Shown here: piece by piece, positions 47,223-58,355 of the stretch
Layout of the letters: the number at the start of each line of letters is the position of its first letter
Numbering within the stretch: the stretch's first letter is position 1
The notes under the pieces: model-generated
What the model was told of the DNA's origin: nothing
The model's input: the letters and a program-made list of their open reading frames with translations, nothing else
Databases searched by the model: none
Assembly: GCA_963675785.1 (NCBI GenBank)
Contig: OY776562.1
Location: 2,848,001 to 2,912,000, forward strand
Reading direction: 5' to 3'
DNA length: 64,000 nucleotides
Source of the DNA: Anaerolineae bacterium
GTDB taxonomy: Bacteria > Chloroflexota > Anaerolineae > UBA1429
Translations under genes and position numbers: made by a program

Positions 47223-47894
47223 ATGGCCAAGCATTCAAGGTTGGAAGTTTGGAACACCATGGAAGAGGTGGGCCTGGTTCCCCTCTTTTACAATGCCGAT
47301 GTCGAGACCTCCATCAACGTTATCAAAGCCGTTTCCGCGGCTGGCTGCAAAGTAGTCGAGTTTACTAATCGCGGTGATCGTGCTTTTGAGGTTTTTCGCG
47401 AGGTGCTCGTTTACTTTGAAAAAGAAGATCCTTCGCTCATTCTTGGTATAGGCTCAGTTCAGGATGTAGCTACGGCGGGTCTGTTCATCAACCTGGGCGC
47501 CAACTTTGTGGTGGGCTCGGTGACCAATCCCGAAGTGGCTCGCTTGTGCAACCGTCGCAAGATAGCCTATTTCCCCGGGTGTGGGACGGCTACCGAAGTG
47601 GCCGCGGCTGAAGAGTTGGGCTGTGAAGTCGTCAAAATCTTCCCCGGCAGTGAGCTGGGCGGTCCTTCGTTCGTCAAAGCCATTACGGGTCCTTGCCCTT
47701 GGACAAAAGTAATGCCCACAGGTGGCGTGGATGCTACTTGGGAGAATCTCAAGGGCTGGTTCGATGCGGGCGTGGTCTGCGTGGGCATGGGTTCCAAGCT
47801 GGTGCGCAATGACCTTATCTCCAAGAAGGATTGGGCGAGCATCCAGACTTTGGCTGAGCAGTGTCTAGCTTGGGTTAAGCAGGCGCGGGGCTGA
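47223..47894 (+). CDS. eda: KDPG/KHG aldolase
   Basis: EFTNRG, GIGSV, PGC.T.TEV, KIFPG, MPTGGV. Confidence 0.9.
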   Translation: MAKHSRLEVWNTMEEVGLVPLFYNADVETSINVIKAVSAAGCKVVEFTNRGDRAFEVFREVLVYFEKEDPSLILGIGSVQDVATAGLFINLGANFVVGSVTNPEVARLCNRRKIAYFPGCGTATEVAAAEELGCEVVKIFPGSELGGPSFVKAITGPCPWTKVMPTGGVDATWENLKGWFDAGVVCVGMGSKLVRNDLISKKDWASIQTLAEQCLAWVKQARG

Positions 47895-47904
47895 TTTTTG
47901 ACGA

Positions 47905-47940
47905 GAAACGGGGTTCGCTAGAAACAGCGAACCCCGTTTT
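47905..47940. terminator. Bidirectional intrinsic terminator
   Basis: GAAACGGGGTTCGCT-AGAAAC-AGCGAACCCCGTTTT between convergent eda and HAD genes. Confidence 0.8.
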
Positions 47941-47941
47941 G

Positions 47942-48583
47942 TTATGCGTAGAGTTGATCCAACAGATCTACCGTGAGTTGAGTGAGATCGTCGAGGATCA
48001 AGTCGGCCTCTGCCAATTTCTCAGCAGGATGCGTGGTGGTGATGGCCAAACAGTGCATCCCTGCACGTTTGGCGGCTTGGACGCCTACAACGCCATCTTC
48101 GACCACCAGGCATTCGCAGGGTTTTGCCCCCAGCGAAGCGGCCGCGTTGATAAAAATGGTGGGATCGGGTTTGCTTTTGGCTAAAAAAGCGCCGGAGAGA
48201 ATGCTTTCGAAATAGTTGCCCAGATCCAAGGCATTGGTCACGGCTACGATGTTGGCCATTTCTCCCGAAGAAGCCACGGCTTGGCGATAGCCATGCTCGC
48301 GCCCATAAGCCAGCCAATGCGGCACGCCGGGCACGGGTTTGATCTGAGCAACGGCATCGCGGAAATAGACTTCTTTGCGTGCTGCTAGCAGTCGCTTTTC
48401 CTCTGTGGTAGCCGAGGGCAACCACAAATCCAGAATCTGCGCATTGGCCATCCCAAAGGTGTCATCAAAATCCTGGCGGGTCAGGTCTCGTTCTAGTTCC
48501 CCCAAAAGCCGCTGCCAGGCCACATAATGGGCAGCTCCTGTATCGGCAATGACACCGTCCATATCCCACAGAATGGCTCGCAT
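47942..48583 (-). CDS. HAD-family phosphatase (beta-PGM-like)
   Basis: DMDGVIADT, ASS, KPDP, VEDG..G..AA..AGM. Confidence 0.9.
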   Translation of the reverse strand: MRAILWDMDGVIADTGAAHYVAWQRLLGELERDLTRQDFDDTFGMANAQILDLWLPSATTEEKRLLAARKEVYFRDAVAQIKPVPGVPHWLAYGREHGYRQAVASSGEMANIVAVTNALDLGNYFESILSGAFLAKSKPDPTIFINAAASLGAKPCECLVVEDGVVGVQAAKRAGMHCLAITTTHPAEKLAEADLILDDLTQLTVDLLDQLYA

Positions 48584-48600
48584 ACAATCCCCGCTATTCA

Positions 48601-49266
48601 CTAACGCTCGGACGCTACTTCAAAAAAGGCCGCTTCTAACATCAGGCAAAGTTGATGGTAGATAATGATATGCAGTTCTTGCACTCGATAGGTCTCGGTT
48701 TCGGGCACGCACAGGGAAATATCCACCAACTCGGCCAGGGGATTGGGCCCCTTACCCGTTAGGCCGACGGTGAGCAGATCCAGGGCATTAGCTGTTTCTG
48801 CGGCCAGGCGCACGTTCATGGCTTTGCCGCTGGTGCTGATCCCCAACAATGCATCGCCAGGGCGAGCCAGGGCGTAGAGCTCCTGGGCATAGCCGATACC
48901 GGGCAGCCCGATATCATTAGCAACGGCGGATGCCAGCGCTGGATTAAGCCCCAAAACATGGGCACGCAGTCCGCGCTGAAGATTTTCTGCTAACTGTTGG
49001 CCATGCTGTTGGGTGCTGAGTGAAGTGGCCATATGGGTATCCACAGGGCGGGGCAGCACGAAGGACTTGAGCATCTCACCCGAGATGTGCATGGCGTCGG
49101 CAAAACTGCCACCATTGCCGCATAAAAAGAGCGTTCCGCCTTGTTTTAGGCTTTGTTCAAGCTGTTCAAAAGCTAAAAGGACTTGAGGAGCTATTTCTTC
49201 CAGATGAGGATGCGTCGCCAGCACTTGATATGCGCTGGCGACGCCCCGATTTTCTTTATCTGTCAT
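48601..49266 (-). CDS. SIS-domain phosphosugar isomerase (GmhA-like)
   Basis: CGNGGSFADAMHISGE, AVAND, GISTSG, VQELH. Confidence 0.85.
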   Translation of the reverse strand: MTDKENRGVASAYQVLATHPHLEEIAPQVLLAFEQLEQSLKQGGTLFLCGNGGSFADAMHISGEMLKSFVLPRPVDTHMATSLSTQQHGQQLAENLQRGLRAHVLGLNPALASAVANDIGLPGIGYAQELYALARPGDALLGISTSGKAMNVRLAAETANALDLLTVGLTGKGPNPLAELVDISLCVPETETYRVQELHIIIYHQLCLMLEAAFFEVASER

Positions 49267-49274
49267 GTAAAATC

Positions 49275-51773
49275 CTATCCTACGATGGGAGCGGGCTCGA
49301 TCGAAGCTTGAAGCGGCAGTTCATCTGCCGGCTGATCGAGTGTCATGGTGAGTTTATCCGTCTCGGCATCAACGTCAATGTAGATTGTATCGCCCTCACT
49401 AAAAGTCTTTTCGAGTAGTTTTTGCGAGAGCGGATTTTCGATATTGCGCTGAATGGCGCGGCGCAAAGGCCGGGCACCAAAAGCGTCGTCGTATCCTTTA
49501 TCAGCTAACCAGCCTTTGGCAGCCAACGATACTACAAGGTGCATATCTTGCTCACGCATACGCTGCTCGACGAGTGCAATTTGCAGATCGACAATTTGAA
49601 TCACGTCGTCTCGTGTGAGTTTGTGGAAAATGATGATCTCGTCGACGCGGTTTAGAAACTCGGGTCGGAAGGTCTTTTTTAGATTTTCAGATACATCATC
49701 CGAGAATTGTTCTTCTTCGGTAGAGCTGGATTCGACCGTAAAACCCATCATCTTGCCTCGTCGAGAGGCGTACTGCGTGCCCACATTCGAGGTCATGATG
49801 ATGACCGTGTTGCGAAAGTCTACCGTGTGACCGTGTCCGTCCGTCAACCGACCCTCTTCGAGAATCTGCATCAGGGTGTTCCACACATCGCCGTGGGCCT
49901 TTTCGATTTCATCGAAAAGGATGACCTGATAAGGACGACGCCGTACGGCTTCGGTGAGTTGGCCTCCTTGATCATAGCCAACGTATCCTGGAGGCGCTCC
50001 CACCAAACGCGATACAGTGTGACGTTCGCTGTATTCGCTCATGTCAATCTGCAGGATGGCATCCTTGTCATCGAACAGGAACTCAGCCAACGATTTGGCC
50101 AGCTCGGTTTTGCCCACACCGCTCGACCCCAAAAAGATAAAGCTGCCGATAGGGCGGCGCGGATCCTTGAGCCCTGCCCTGGCGCGGCGAATAGCGTCTG
50201 ATACGGCATTGATTGCATGGTCCTGACCGATCACTCGGGCGCGCATAAAGTCTTCCATGTGCAACAGGCGCTCCGTCGTTCCTTCTTGTAGACGTGTGAC
50301 GGGTATGCCGGTCCACATGGCCACAATTCGGGCGATATCTTCGGTATCTACTACTTCATCGAGTCCTTGCTGCTTTTGCCAGGTCTCTTTACCCTCGTCG
50401 AATTCGGCCTGCAGCTTTAAGCGTTGTGCCTTGAGCTCGGCGGCTCGCTCATAATCCGTGTTTTGGCCAGCGTTCTCTTCTTCCTGCTCCAGACGCCTTA
50501 TCTCCTTGCGGATGTCTTTGAGTGGTTCCGGCAGGCTGTGTATGCTGATTCGTAATCGAGAGGAGGCCTCGTCGATCAGGTCGATGGCCTTGTCTGGCAG
50601 ATGACGGTCTTTGACATAGCGATCGGCAAGCCGTACTGCCGCCTGGACGGCCTCATCGGTGATACGCACTTGATGATGAACCTCATAGCGATCTTTGAGG
50701 CCGCGCAGCATCTCGATGGTATCTTCAATGCTCGGCTCTTCGACAAAGATCGGTGCAAAGCGGCGTTCTAGAGCAGCGTCTTGTTCAATATGTTCACGAT
50801 ACTCATCGAGTGTTGTGGCGCCAATGCACTGCAACTCACCGCGTGCCAACGCAGGCTTCATCATGTTAGAGGCGTCAATAGCGCCCTGAGCAGCGCCAGC
50901 CCCCACAACCGTATGCAGCTCATCGATAAAGAGGATGATCTCTCCCTGGGCCTTTTGGATTTCATCGAGCGATGCTTTGAGGCGCTCTTCGAATTCGCCG
51001 CGGAAACGTGAACCGGCGATCATAGCACCTAGATCCAACGATACAACTCTTTTGTCCAAAAGGGTCTCGGGCACATCCCCCTCGACGATCTTTTGGGCTA
51101 GACCTTCGACAATGGCCGTTTTACCCACGCCAGCCTCGCCAATGAGTACCGGGTTATTCTTGGTTCTGCGTGAAAGAACCTGTAAAACACGCATGATCTC
51201 GACATCACGACCGATGACAGGATCCATACGTCCTTCTTTGGCCAACTGGGTGAGATCTCGACTGTATTTTTCCAGTGTGCGGAATCGGGTCTCCGATTGT
51301 GCATGGGTGACTTTGGTTCCGCCGCGGAATTCAACCAGAGCATCGTGAAAGGCATCGTAATCGACACCCTCTTCGATCAACATACGTGATGCCGCACTTT
51401 CCTTGTCGCTTAGCACAGCAAGGAAAAAGTGCTCGGTCGAGATGAGTTGATCTTGCAGTTGAGTCGCTTCGACGTTTGCCCGATCCATCATCCGCTTGAC
51501 CCGAGGAGTGATGTACATCTGCGGCGGGTGTGCCCCACCGACCTGATTCGTTGATAGGCCTGCTCGCAGCAGCTCTTCAAAACGCTGCCTGAGCGCATCT
51601 ACATCAACTTCCAGCGTGCCCAGGATGCGGTAAACTGGGCCATCCGTTTGTTCAAGAATGGCCAGTACAATATGTTCGGTGTCGAGTTGGCTGTGCCGGA
51701 ATTGCTGCATGAGCTCGTAAGCTCGCGATACAGCTTCCTGAGCGCGCTCTGTGAACTTTTCAAATCCTATCAT
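49275..51773 (-). CDS. clpC: ClpC-type AAA+ unfoldase
   Basis: Clp N domain, [17 protein letters not shown], short UVR-like M domain (DYERAAELK), MGF ClpP-docking loop. Confidence 0.85.
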   Translation of the reverse strand: MIGFEKFTERAQEAVSRAYELMQQFRHSQLDTEHIVLAILEQTDGPVYRILGTLEVDVDALRQRFEELLRAGLSTNQVGGAHPPQMYITPRVKRMMDRANVEATQLQDQLISTEHFFLAVLSDKESAASRMLIEEGVDYDAFHDALVEFRGGTKVTHAQSETRFRTLEKYSRDLTQLAKEGRMDPVIGRDVEIMRVLQVLSRRTKNNPVLIGEAGVGKTAIVEGLAQKIVEGDVPETLLDKRVVSLDLGAMIAGSRFRGEFEERLKASLDEIQKAQGEIILFIDELHTVVGAGAAQGAIDASNMMKPALARGELQCIGATTLDEYREHIEQDAALERRFAPIFVEEPSIEDTIEMLRGLKDRYEVHHQVRITDEAVQAAVRLADRYVKDRHLPDKAIDLIDEASSRLRISIHSLPEPLKDIRKEIRRLEQEEENAGQNTDYERAAELKAQRLKLQAEFDEGKETWQKQQGLDEVVDTEDIARIVAMWTGIPVTRLQEGTTERLLHMEDFMRARVIGQDHAINAVSDAIRRARAGLKDPRRPIGSFIFLGSSGVGKTELAKSLAEFLFDDKDAILQIDMSEYSERHTVSRLVGAPPGYVGYDQGGQLTEAVRRRPYQVILFDEIEKAHGDVWNTLMQILEEGRLTDGHGHTVDFRNTVIIMTSNVGTQYASRRGKMMGFTVESSSTEEEQFSDDVSENLKKTFRPEFLNRVDEIIIFHKLTRDDVIQIVDLQIALVEQRMREQDMHLVVSLAAKGWLADKGYDDAFGARPLRRAIQRNIENPLSQKLLEKTFSEGDTIYIDVDAETDKLTMTLDQPADELPLQASIEPAPIVG

Positions 51774-51861
51774 GGTTTCTCCTATAACTCGGGTACCAAA
51801 GCCCGAGCAGTATTAGGCTATCAACATAGCTCTTGATGAGTCTACCTCAGGCCCAACCTTA

Positions 51862-54447
51862 TTAGGGTTGAATAGCCGTAAAAATGTAATCCTCACCCTT
51901 CACGTCAACCTGGACTATTTGTCCGTCGACGATCTTGCCCGTAAGTAACTCTAGGGCCAACGGATCCTGAATGCGACGCTGAATGGTTCGCTGAAGCGGG
52001 CGGGCACCATATAACGGGCTGTACCCTTCTTTTGCCAGAGCTCGGCGAGCATTCTCACTAACAGTCAATTCAATATCTCTTACAGCCAAGAGATGTTGTA
52101 GATGTTCAACCTGAATATCTACAATTTCACCCAATTGCTCTTCACTCAGTGAGTGGAACATGATCACATCATCGATTCGGTTGAGAAATTCAGGTTTAAA
52201 GTGTTGACGCAGGGCTTGCATAACACGTTCCCGCGTTGTCGGATCCTCGATATGGCCTTCGATCAGATATTGGCTACCGATATTAGAAGTCATAATGACG
52301 ACAGTGTTAGTAAAGTCGACTGTTCGGCCTTTGCCATCTGTCAACCGACCATCATCCAGTACTTGCAGCAGAATATTAAACACTTCGGCGTGCGCTTTTT
52401 CGATTTCGTCCAGTAGTACTACGCTGTATGGACGCCGACGCACGGCCTCGGAAAGTTGACCACCCTCGTCGTATCCCACATAACCAGGAGGCGCACCAAT
52501 CATTCGAGCGACGGTGTGCCGTTCTTGATACTCGCTCATGTCCAGCCGAATGAGTGCATCCTCATTATCAAAAAGGAATTCGGCAAGGGCCTTGGCCAGC
52601 TCAGTCTTACCGACACCCGTGGGCCCCATGAATAAAAAGCTGCCGATGGGGCGTTTTGAACTCTGCAAACCCGATCGTGAGCGGCGAACTGCGTTAGAAA
52701 CGGCTGAAATGGCCTGATCTTGCCCCACAACACGCTTGTGAAGACGCTCTTCCATGTGCACGAGCTTTTCGACTTCACCTTCTAGCATGCGAGAGACGGG
52801 AATACCCGTCCAATCAGCGATAATTTGGGCAATATCGTTCGGCGATACTTCTTCACGCAGCATCGAACCCTCACGGTGTTCTAGGGCTTTTTCCTTTTCG
52901 GCCAATTCTTGTTCGGCCTGTCGGATATCCGAATAGCGCAGCCGGGCGGCTTTTTCGAGATCGGCATTGCGCTCGGCCATCTCGGCCTCTGACCTTAGAT
53001 CTTCGAGTTTCGCCTTGAGCTCTTGGATGCTCTGGATTGCCTGCTGTTCCTGTTTGTACTGAGTCATCAGAACGTCGAGGATCTGCTGTTTTTCGCCCAG
53101 CTCTTCCTCGATTTTGGCCAAACGTTCCTTTGATGAGGCATCACTTTCTTGTGAAAGAGCCTGTTGCTCGATCTGCAATTGCAGAATGCGGCGCTGGGCA
53201 TCATCTACCTCTTGTGGCGAGCTATCGATCTCCATACGCAGCCGTGCGGCCGCCTCGTCCACAAGGTCGATAGCCTTATCGGGCAGATAGCGATCAGCGA
53301 TATAACGATCCGAGAGCGTTGCCGCGGCAATGAGGGCCGAATCTTGAATGCGCACACCATGGTGTACTTCGTAACGCTCTTTCAAACCGCGCAAAATGCT
53401 GATGGTTTCTTCCACCGAAGGTGCATCGACATACACCGGCTGGAAGCGTCGTGCTAGAGCAGCATCTTTTTCAATATGCTTTTGATATTCATCGAGGGTT
53501 GTTGCCCCGATGCAATTCAACTCACCCCTGGCCAAAAGCGGTTTGAGCATATTCGAAGCATCCAGCGAGCCTTCGGCTGCACCAGCACCAACTACCGTAT
53601 GCAGCTCATCAATAAAGAGGATGACTTCCCCTTCAGATGCTTGCACTTCTTTGAGGACGGCCTTGAGACGCTCTTCGAACTCGCCGCGGTATTTGGCGCC
53701 AGCGACCAACGAGCCCATATCCAGCGATAAAAGCCGACGGTCACGCAAGCCCTGAGGCACATCGCCATTGACGATGCGCATAGCCAGGCCTTCGACAATA
53801 GCCGTTTTCCCCACGCCGGCCTCTCCAACCAACACAGGGTTATTTTTGGTTCGGCGCGATAGGATTTGGATGATGCGCCGTATCTCTTGATCCCGCCCAA
53901 TGACCGGGTCCAGCTTGCCCTTTCGGGCAGCTTCGGTCAGATCCTGAGAGTATTTGGCCAGTGCCTGATAGCCACCTTCGGGATTCTGATCTGTAACACG
54001 TTGAGAACCACGAATCTTGGACAATGCCTCATATACATGATCGTGATCGATCTCATTCTTTTTCAATAGCGTTGCGACACGTCCTGTGGCAGTGGCGATG
54101 ATGCCCAGCAACAGATGCTCCGTCGAAACGTACTCGTCGTGCATGCGGTGTGCTTCTTCTTGTCCCTCTTGCAGGGCGGCACTTAGCTCTTGTGAAATGT
54201 AGCGTCGAACTGAGCCGCTCACCCTAGGAAGATCGGCAATGATACCTTGTAGTTCCTGCGTAAAGGACTGCCTGGAGACGGCCAGTTCTTTGAGCACTTC
54301 AGGCACGACGCCATCTTGTTGCTCTACCAATGCGAGAAGCAGGTGAGCGCTTTCAATATTGGGATTGGTGTGTTGTTCGGCCAGCTCTTGCGCCGCCATG
54401 ACGGCTTGCTGGGCTTTATCTGTGAATTCATTGATATTTGTTGGCAT
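51862..54447 (-). CDS. clpB: Chaperone ClpB
   Basis: Two AAA+ modules, long coiled-coil M domain ([10 protein letters not shown]), no IGF loop, 861 aa. Confidence 0.95.
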   Translation of the reverse strand: MPTNINEFTDKAQQAVMAAQELAEQHTNPNIESAHLLLALVEQQDGVVPEVLKELAVSRQSFTQELQGIIADLPRVSGSVRRYISQELSAALQEGQEEAHRMHDEYVSTEHLLLGIIATATGRVATLLKKNEIDHDHVYEALSKIRGSQRVTDQNPEGGYQALAKYSQDLTEAARKGKLDPVIGRDQEIRRIIQILSRRTKNNPVLVGEAGVGKTAIVEGLAMRIVNGDVPQGLRDRRLLSLDMGSLVAGAKYRGEFEERLKAVLKEVQASEGEVILFIDELHTVVGAGAAEGSLDASNMLKPLLARGELNCIGATTLDEYQKHIEKDAALARRFQPVYVDAPSVEETISILRGLKERYEVHHGVRIQDSALIAAATLSDRYIADRYLPDKAIDLVDEAAARLRMEIDSSPQEVDDAQRRILQLQIEQQALSQESDASSKERLAKIEEELGEKQQILDVLMTQYKQEQQAIQSIQELKAKLEDLRSEAEMAERNADLEKAARLRYSDIRQAEQELAEKEKALEHREGSMLREEVSPNDIAQIIADWTGIPVSRMLEGEVEKLVHMEERLHKRVVGQDQAISAVSNAVRRSRSGLQSSKRPIGSFLFMGPTGVGKTELAKALAEFLFDNEDALIRLDMSEYQERHTVARMIGAPPGYVGYDEGGQLSEAVRRRPYSVVLLDEIEKAHAEVFNILLQVLDDGRLTDGKGRTVDFTNTVVIMTSNIGSQYLIEGHIEDPTTRERVMQALRQHFKPEFLNRIDDVIMFHSLSEEQLGEIVDIQVEHLQHLLAVRDIELTVSENARRALAKEGYSPLYGARPLQRTIQRRIQDPLALELLTGKIVDGQIVQVDVKGEDYIFTAIQP

Positions 54448-54474
54448 GATTTTGGGCTCCTATATGACCCTGTA

Positions 54475-55554
54475 TCAGTATCTCAAGAGCGCACCAATAT
54501 GTCCTGCATTGGCTAACTCTTGGCTATTTCTAACAACGTTAACAGTTGCATCTGTCTGTATGGCCTGGTATATGGCCTGATTGACGGCATCTGGAGTGGG
54601 CTCAATATCGGTGGAACTGCAAAATGGACATTTGACCATGATATCCGCTGAAACATAGCCGCAATCTTTACAGCGGTATCCTGGATGTGTAAATCCGGCT
54701 TCCACAAGCATGATTTGTACTTGTCCTTGCTTTAGCGCATAGAGAGTGTCCTGCAGCCCCATGGCTCCTTCGCCACCTTTGCTTGCGGCTGTGATGGCTC
54801 GTGTTACAAGGGAGAGATCTCTCTGGTGTGCAATTTCCTGAGCCAGCTCCAGTGCCAGTTCAAGCACTTTGGCTGCAGGGATGCCTATATCTGCACTAAA
54901 CTCGCCAACGATTGTATCTTTGAGTGGCGTTGGCATGAGTTCCTTGACCTGAGCAATGACACTGCTGCTGCCAGCCAGAAGAAGGTACTCAATACCACTG
55001 AATTCCATGAACGTCTGGATAGCTTCTATGGCTTGTTTTAGATTCTGCACGGCCAAGTGGTCCTCGTGCCGTTGATAATTCTGCGCAGACCAGCCGCCTT
55101 GCTTATGCCGCTTGAGTTCTTCTCCGGTAAGTTCTGTACGAGCCTGTATCTCTCCCCACGAGACCATAAAGAGACGAAGCTGTTCTTTATCGAGCAGGGC
55201 AATGCCAAATGGCGCATAGAAATCAATCAGGTTAGCTAGAATGCCCACATAGGGCTTGTCGGAAAGGTATGCTTCTGGATCGACGGATACTGGCAGGGGG
55301 ATGCTCTTCCAGAGAAAGTCTCCCGCTGAAAAAATAGCCAATCCGCGTGCCTGCCAGTCATACTCGTAATCGAGATACTTTTGGATGCGCTCGATATCGC
55401 TTTTGTCAGCTTGCAGTTTGCCCAGATGATGACGGACAATGAGCCTTACGCCGTCTTTGTTTTGATGTGCAAGGTCTGTCGGGATGTAGAGTGAGATGAC
55501 AGGGTGGTCCTGGTCATAAGACACAAGTTGTTCCAACTGCTCATGCTCGTACAT
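54475..55554 (-). CDS. Bacterial aeRF1-like (baeRF/Balon-related) protein with C-terminal Zn ribbon
   Basis: VISLYIP N-terminus, RHKQGGWSAQNYQR loop, CKDC...CPFC, eRF1 domain-3 tail GHIGALLRY. Confidence 0.85.
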   Translation of the reverse strand: MYEHEQLEQLVSYDQDHPVISLYIPTDLAHQNKDGVRLIVRHHLGKLQADKSDIERIQKYLDYEYDWQARGLAIFSAGDFLWKSIPLPVSVDPEAYLSDKPYVGILANLIDFYAPFGIALLDKEQLRLFMVSWGEIQARTELTGEELKRHKQGGWSAQNYQRHEDHLAVQNLKQAIEAIQTFMEFSGIEYLLLAGSSSVIAQVKELMPTPLKDTIVGEFSADIGIPAAKVLELALELAQEIAHQRDLSLVTRAITAASKGGEGAMGLQDTLYALKQGQVQIMLVEAGFTHPGYRCKDCGYVSADIMVKCPFCSSTDIEPTPDAVNQAIYQAIQTDATVNVVRNSQELANAGHIGALLRY

Positions 55555-55589
55555 GACTACCTCCCCTTGCTAGTTATTGCCCATTTTCT

Positions 55590-56003
55590 TTATTCTGAGG
55601 CATCTTCATCAGGGTTGACCTTGATGATTTGCAGCGGCTTTACCTCAGCCGCAGCCTCCTCCAACATTTCAACGCGACGTTGAAGCCTTGCAGTCTCTTG
55701 CAGATAGCGTACCTCTGATGCTTCTAATCTGCGCTGCAAGTCATGGATGCGATCGGTCATATTGAGAATGACTTCAACGCCAGCAAGGTTCACGCCAAGT
55801 TCTTCTGTTAGGCGTGATATCTTGCGTAGCTGTTCAATGTCTGCTTGCGAATACAGCCTTTGATGGCCTGCAGTTCGAGACGGCTTTAGAAGACCTATCC
55901 GCTCATAGTATCTGAGTCGTTGCGGATGAAGGCTCACAAGCTTAGCGGCAACGCTTATCACATAGCAGGGTTCTTCTTCTGGCAGATGCTCGTCATCCAT
56001 CAT
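55590..56003 (-). CDS. hspR: MerR-family heat-shock repressor
   Basis: YVISVAAKL..LHPQ.LRYYER.GL..PSRT, GVNLAGVEVIL; located in the dnaJ-clpB operon. Confidence 0.9.
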   Translation of the reverse strand: MMDDEHLPEEEPCYVISVAAKLVSLHPQRLRYYERIGLLKPSRTAGHQRLYSQADIEQLRKISRLTEELGVNLAGVEVILNMTDRIHDLQRRLEASEVRYLQETARLQRRVEMLEEAAAEVKPLQIIKVNPDEDASE

Positions 56004-56021
56004 GTTTGGGCTCCTGGATTT

Positions 56022-57194
56022 CTACTCTGCTGGTCTTTCTTGCAAGAGGACAGGGACATTTATGGTTTCTCCATCTCGGATGATGGTTAGCTCTACCGTA
56101 TCACCAGGCAAAGCGTTCCGAGTAAGGTAAATGAGAAGATCATCAAACTGGTTTACAGCCGTATCGTCGATAGCAATAACGACATCCCCGCCCGTCGGCA
56201 AAAGCGAACCTAGCTGTTCTACGGTATCTGTACTGGGCAGTAAACCTGCTTCTTCCGCTGGGCTTCCTGCAGCAATGCTCAGCACAATGGCACCCTTGGT
56301 ATTATCTAATCCCAGGCTTTCTGCCTGGGCCGGATAAAGGTCCATACCAGTTACGCCCAGCCAGGGGTACTTGAATTCGCCGTATTCAATCAATGAAGGT
56401 GCCACTCGTTTGAGCGTGTTGATGGGCACTGCAAAGCCCACTCCTCCAGATGTGCCACTGGTCGAATTAATGGCCGTATTGATGCCGATGACTGCGCCTG
56501 TTCTATCGAGCAGTGGTCCGCCCGAATTGCCCACATTGATGGCGGCGTCGGTCTGAATCATCTCGGGAATAGAAAACTGGCCCGAGATCGCCTCGGACGA
56601 ATGACCGATTTGTAATGTCCGACTAAGGGCGCTGACGATGCCAGTTGTCATGGTGCCTGCAAAGCCAAAGGGATTGCCTATGGCGATGGTTTGTTGACCA
56701 ACTTGTACCTGGTCTGAATCAGCTAAAGGTAGTGCGACCAGATTAGCCGCGTTAGGATCGATCTGAATAATGGCGAGGTCAGAGTCAGGGTCTGTTCCCA
56801 GTGTCTCTGCCTCTAGCTTGGTACCATCGTAAAAAGTGACGAGTATTTCGGTGGCGCGCTCAACAACGTGATTATTGGTGGCGATATAGCCATGTTCTGC
56901 GTCTAGTACAAAGCCAGAACCTTGACCCTGTTCAATCACGGTTTCTCCGGCATCCAAAAGCTCGGTTAGTTCGGAAGGCCGCACGATTTCTATGGTAACC
57001 ACGCCCTCAATGACACGTTCATACAGACCGATAAGATCAGTCTCTTCCGGCGTCTCTGCGGCCGCTGTTTGCTCTGCAGTGGGCAGCGGCGTGGCATAGG
57101 TTAGGACACTTGTAACACTGCTGGGTGGACTGCAAGAGACGGTTGTAAGAACAAGCACCACGGCGATGAGAAGAAAGGCGAGTTTGTTTCTCAT
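56022..57194 (-). CDS. HtrA/DegP-like serine protease lipoprotein with PDZ domain
   Basis: Lipobox TVSC, TNNHV, DLA, GNSGGPL; ATG 57194. Confidence 0.93.
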   Translation of the reverse strand: MRNKLAFLLIAVVLVLTTVSCSPPSSVTSVLTYATPLPTAEQTAAAETPEETDLIGLYERVIEGVVTIEIVRPSELTELLDAGETVIEQGQGSGFVLDAEHGYIATNNHVVERATEILVTFYDGTKLEAETLGTDPDSDLAIIQIDPNAANLVALPLADSDQVQVGQQTIAIGNPFGFAGTMTTGIVSALSRTLQIGHSSEAISGQFSIPEMIQTDAAINVGNSGGPLLDRTGAVIGINTAINSTSGTSGGVGFAVPINTLKRVAPSLIEYGEFKYPWLGVTGMDLYPAQAESLGLDNTKGAIVLSIAAGSPAEEAGLLPSTDTVEQLGSLLPTGGDVVIAIDDTAVNQFDDLLIYLTRNALPGDTVELTIIRDGETINVPVLLQERPAE

Positions 57195-57198
57195 GGTG

Positions 57199-58155
57199 TT
57201 ACTTTCTAAGTTCCGCAAGCTCACGGTATAGTTCCTTTTCGCGTTCAGTGAGTGATTCTGGGATCTTGGCCACAATGGTAACCAGGAGATCCCCCTTCTT
57301 TTTGGGATGCTTTACGACAGGCATGCCCTGCCCGCGCAATCTAAATACGCGCCCCGAGGCTGTTTCTGGCGGAATACGTAGCGCTAACTTGCCTTTGAGC
57401 GTTGGAATTGTGGCTTCCCCGCCAAGAATGAGGGTGTATAGATCAACCATTGTCGTGGTGCGTAGATCGTCGCCATCCCGTTCAAATTGGGGGTGAGGCC
57501 GGACTTGAACGACAAGATGCAGATCGCCCTTGGATCCCCCATTGAAACCCGATTGACCTTCTCCGGCAATACGCACGCGTGATCCTGTTCTAACACCGGC
57601 CGGTATTTGTACTTCGATTTTACGTGATCCCGTATCAATAACGCGATGTGTACCTTCAAAGGCCTCTTCCAGGGTTATCTCGACAGGCAGTTCGGTGTTT
57701 TGTCCCTCGCTCATCTGGTTAAACCCCGAACGGGTTCGTGTTCTGCCAGAGTTTGTGGATCCAGCGCCACCAAACAGGCTCTCAAAGAACTCGGAAAAGG
57801 GATCTCCTCCACCCATACCACCTGCGCCCGTTGTTGTATAGGTATAGGTTTGTCGCGTGCCACCAGGTGCGGCCCCGCCGAACCATTGGCCCCAATCAAA
57901 ATTTCCAGGATCTGCTCCCGTGTTTTGATAGTCACGCCAACTGGAGCCCAGCTGGTCGTACTTTTGGCGCTTTTCAGGGTCAGTCAGTACCTCGTTAGCT
58001 TCATTTATTTCTTTAAAGCGTTCTTCAGCCGCTTTATTGTTAGGGTTGACATCCGGGTGGTACTTGCGCGCTAGCTTACGATAGGCCTTGCGAATATCCT
58101 CCGTGCTAGCATCGCGTTCTACACCCAGGGTTTTGTAATAGTCCTTGTATTCCAT
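57199..58155 (-). CDS. DnaJ/CbpA-type co-chaperone (no Zn finger)
   Basis: KDYY, HPD, G/F region, C-terminal domains; no CxxCxGxG repeats; ATG 58155. Confidence 0.93.
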   Translation of the reverse strand: MEYKDYYKTLGVERDASTEDIRKAYRKLARKYHPDVNPNNKAAEERFKEINEANEVLTDPEKRQKYDQLGSSWRDYQNTGADPGNFDWGQWFGGAAPGGTRQTYTYTTTGAGGMGGGDPFSEFFESLFGGAGSTNSGRTRTRSGFNQMSEGQNTELPVEITLEEAFEGTHRVIDTGSRKIEVQIPAGVRTGSRVRIAGEGQSGFNGGSKGDLHLVVQVRPHPQFERDGDDLRTTTMVDLYTLILGGEATIPTLKGKLALRIPPETASGRVFRLRGQGMPVVKHPKKKGDLLVTIVAKIPESLTEREKELYRELAELRK

Positions 58156-58171
58156 ACACCCGCTCCACACA

Positions 58172-58295
58172 TTTGAGTACCATGATTATAAGCACGAAAA
58201 GGCCACAAGTCAAGCAACTTGTTAATAGGCAGTCAAGTTTAGTTACTGTTAATTGTGAAAAAAGTATTGACAGCATATATCAATGGTGCTATCAT
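58172..58295. promoter_or_regulatory. Divergent sigmaA promoters for the dnaJ operon and hsp20 pair, with HAIR-like half-sites
   Basis: Minus TTGACT-17-TATAAT (58213-58185); plus TTGACA-17-TATCAT (58267-58295); TTTGAGT-N7-TTATAAG at 58172-58192. Confidence 0.65.
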
Positions 58296-58355
58296 CTCAA
58301 TTGAGAGATTTGAGCGAGAGTTCATGACTCTCTAGATCAAGTTTGGAGGTGCTTT

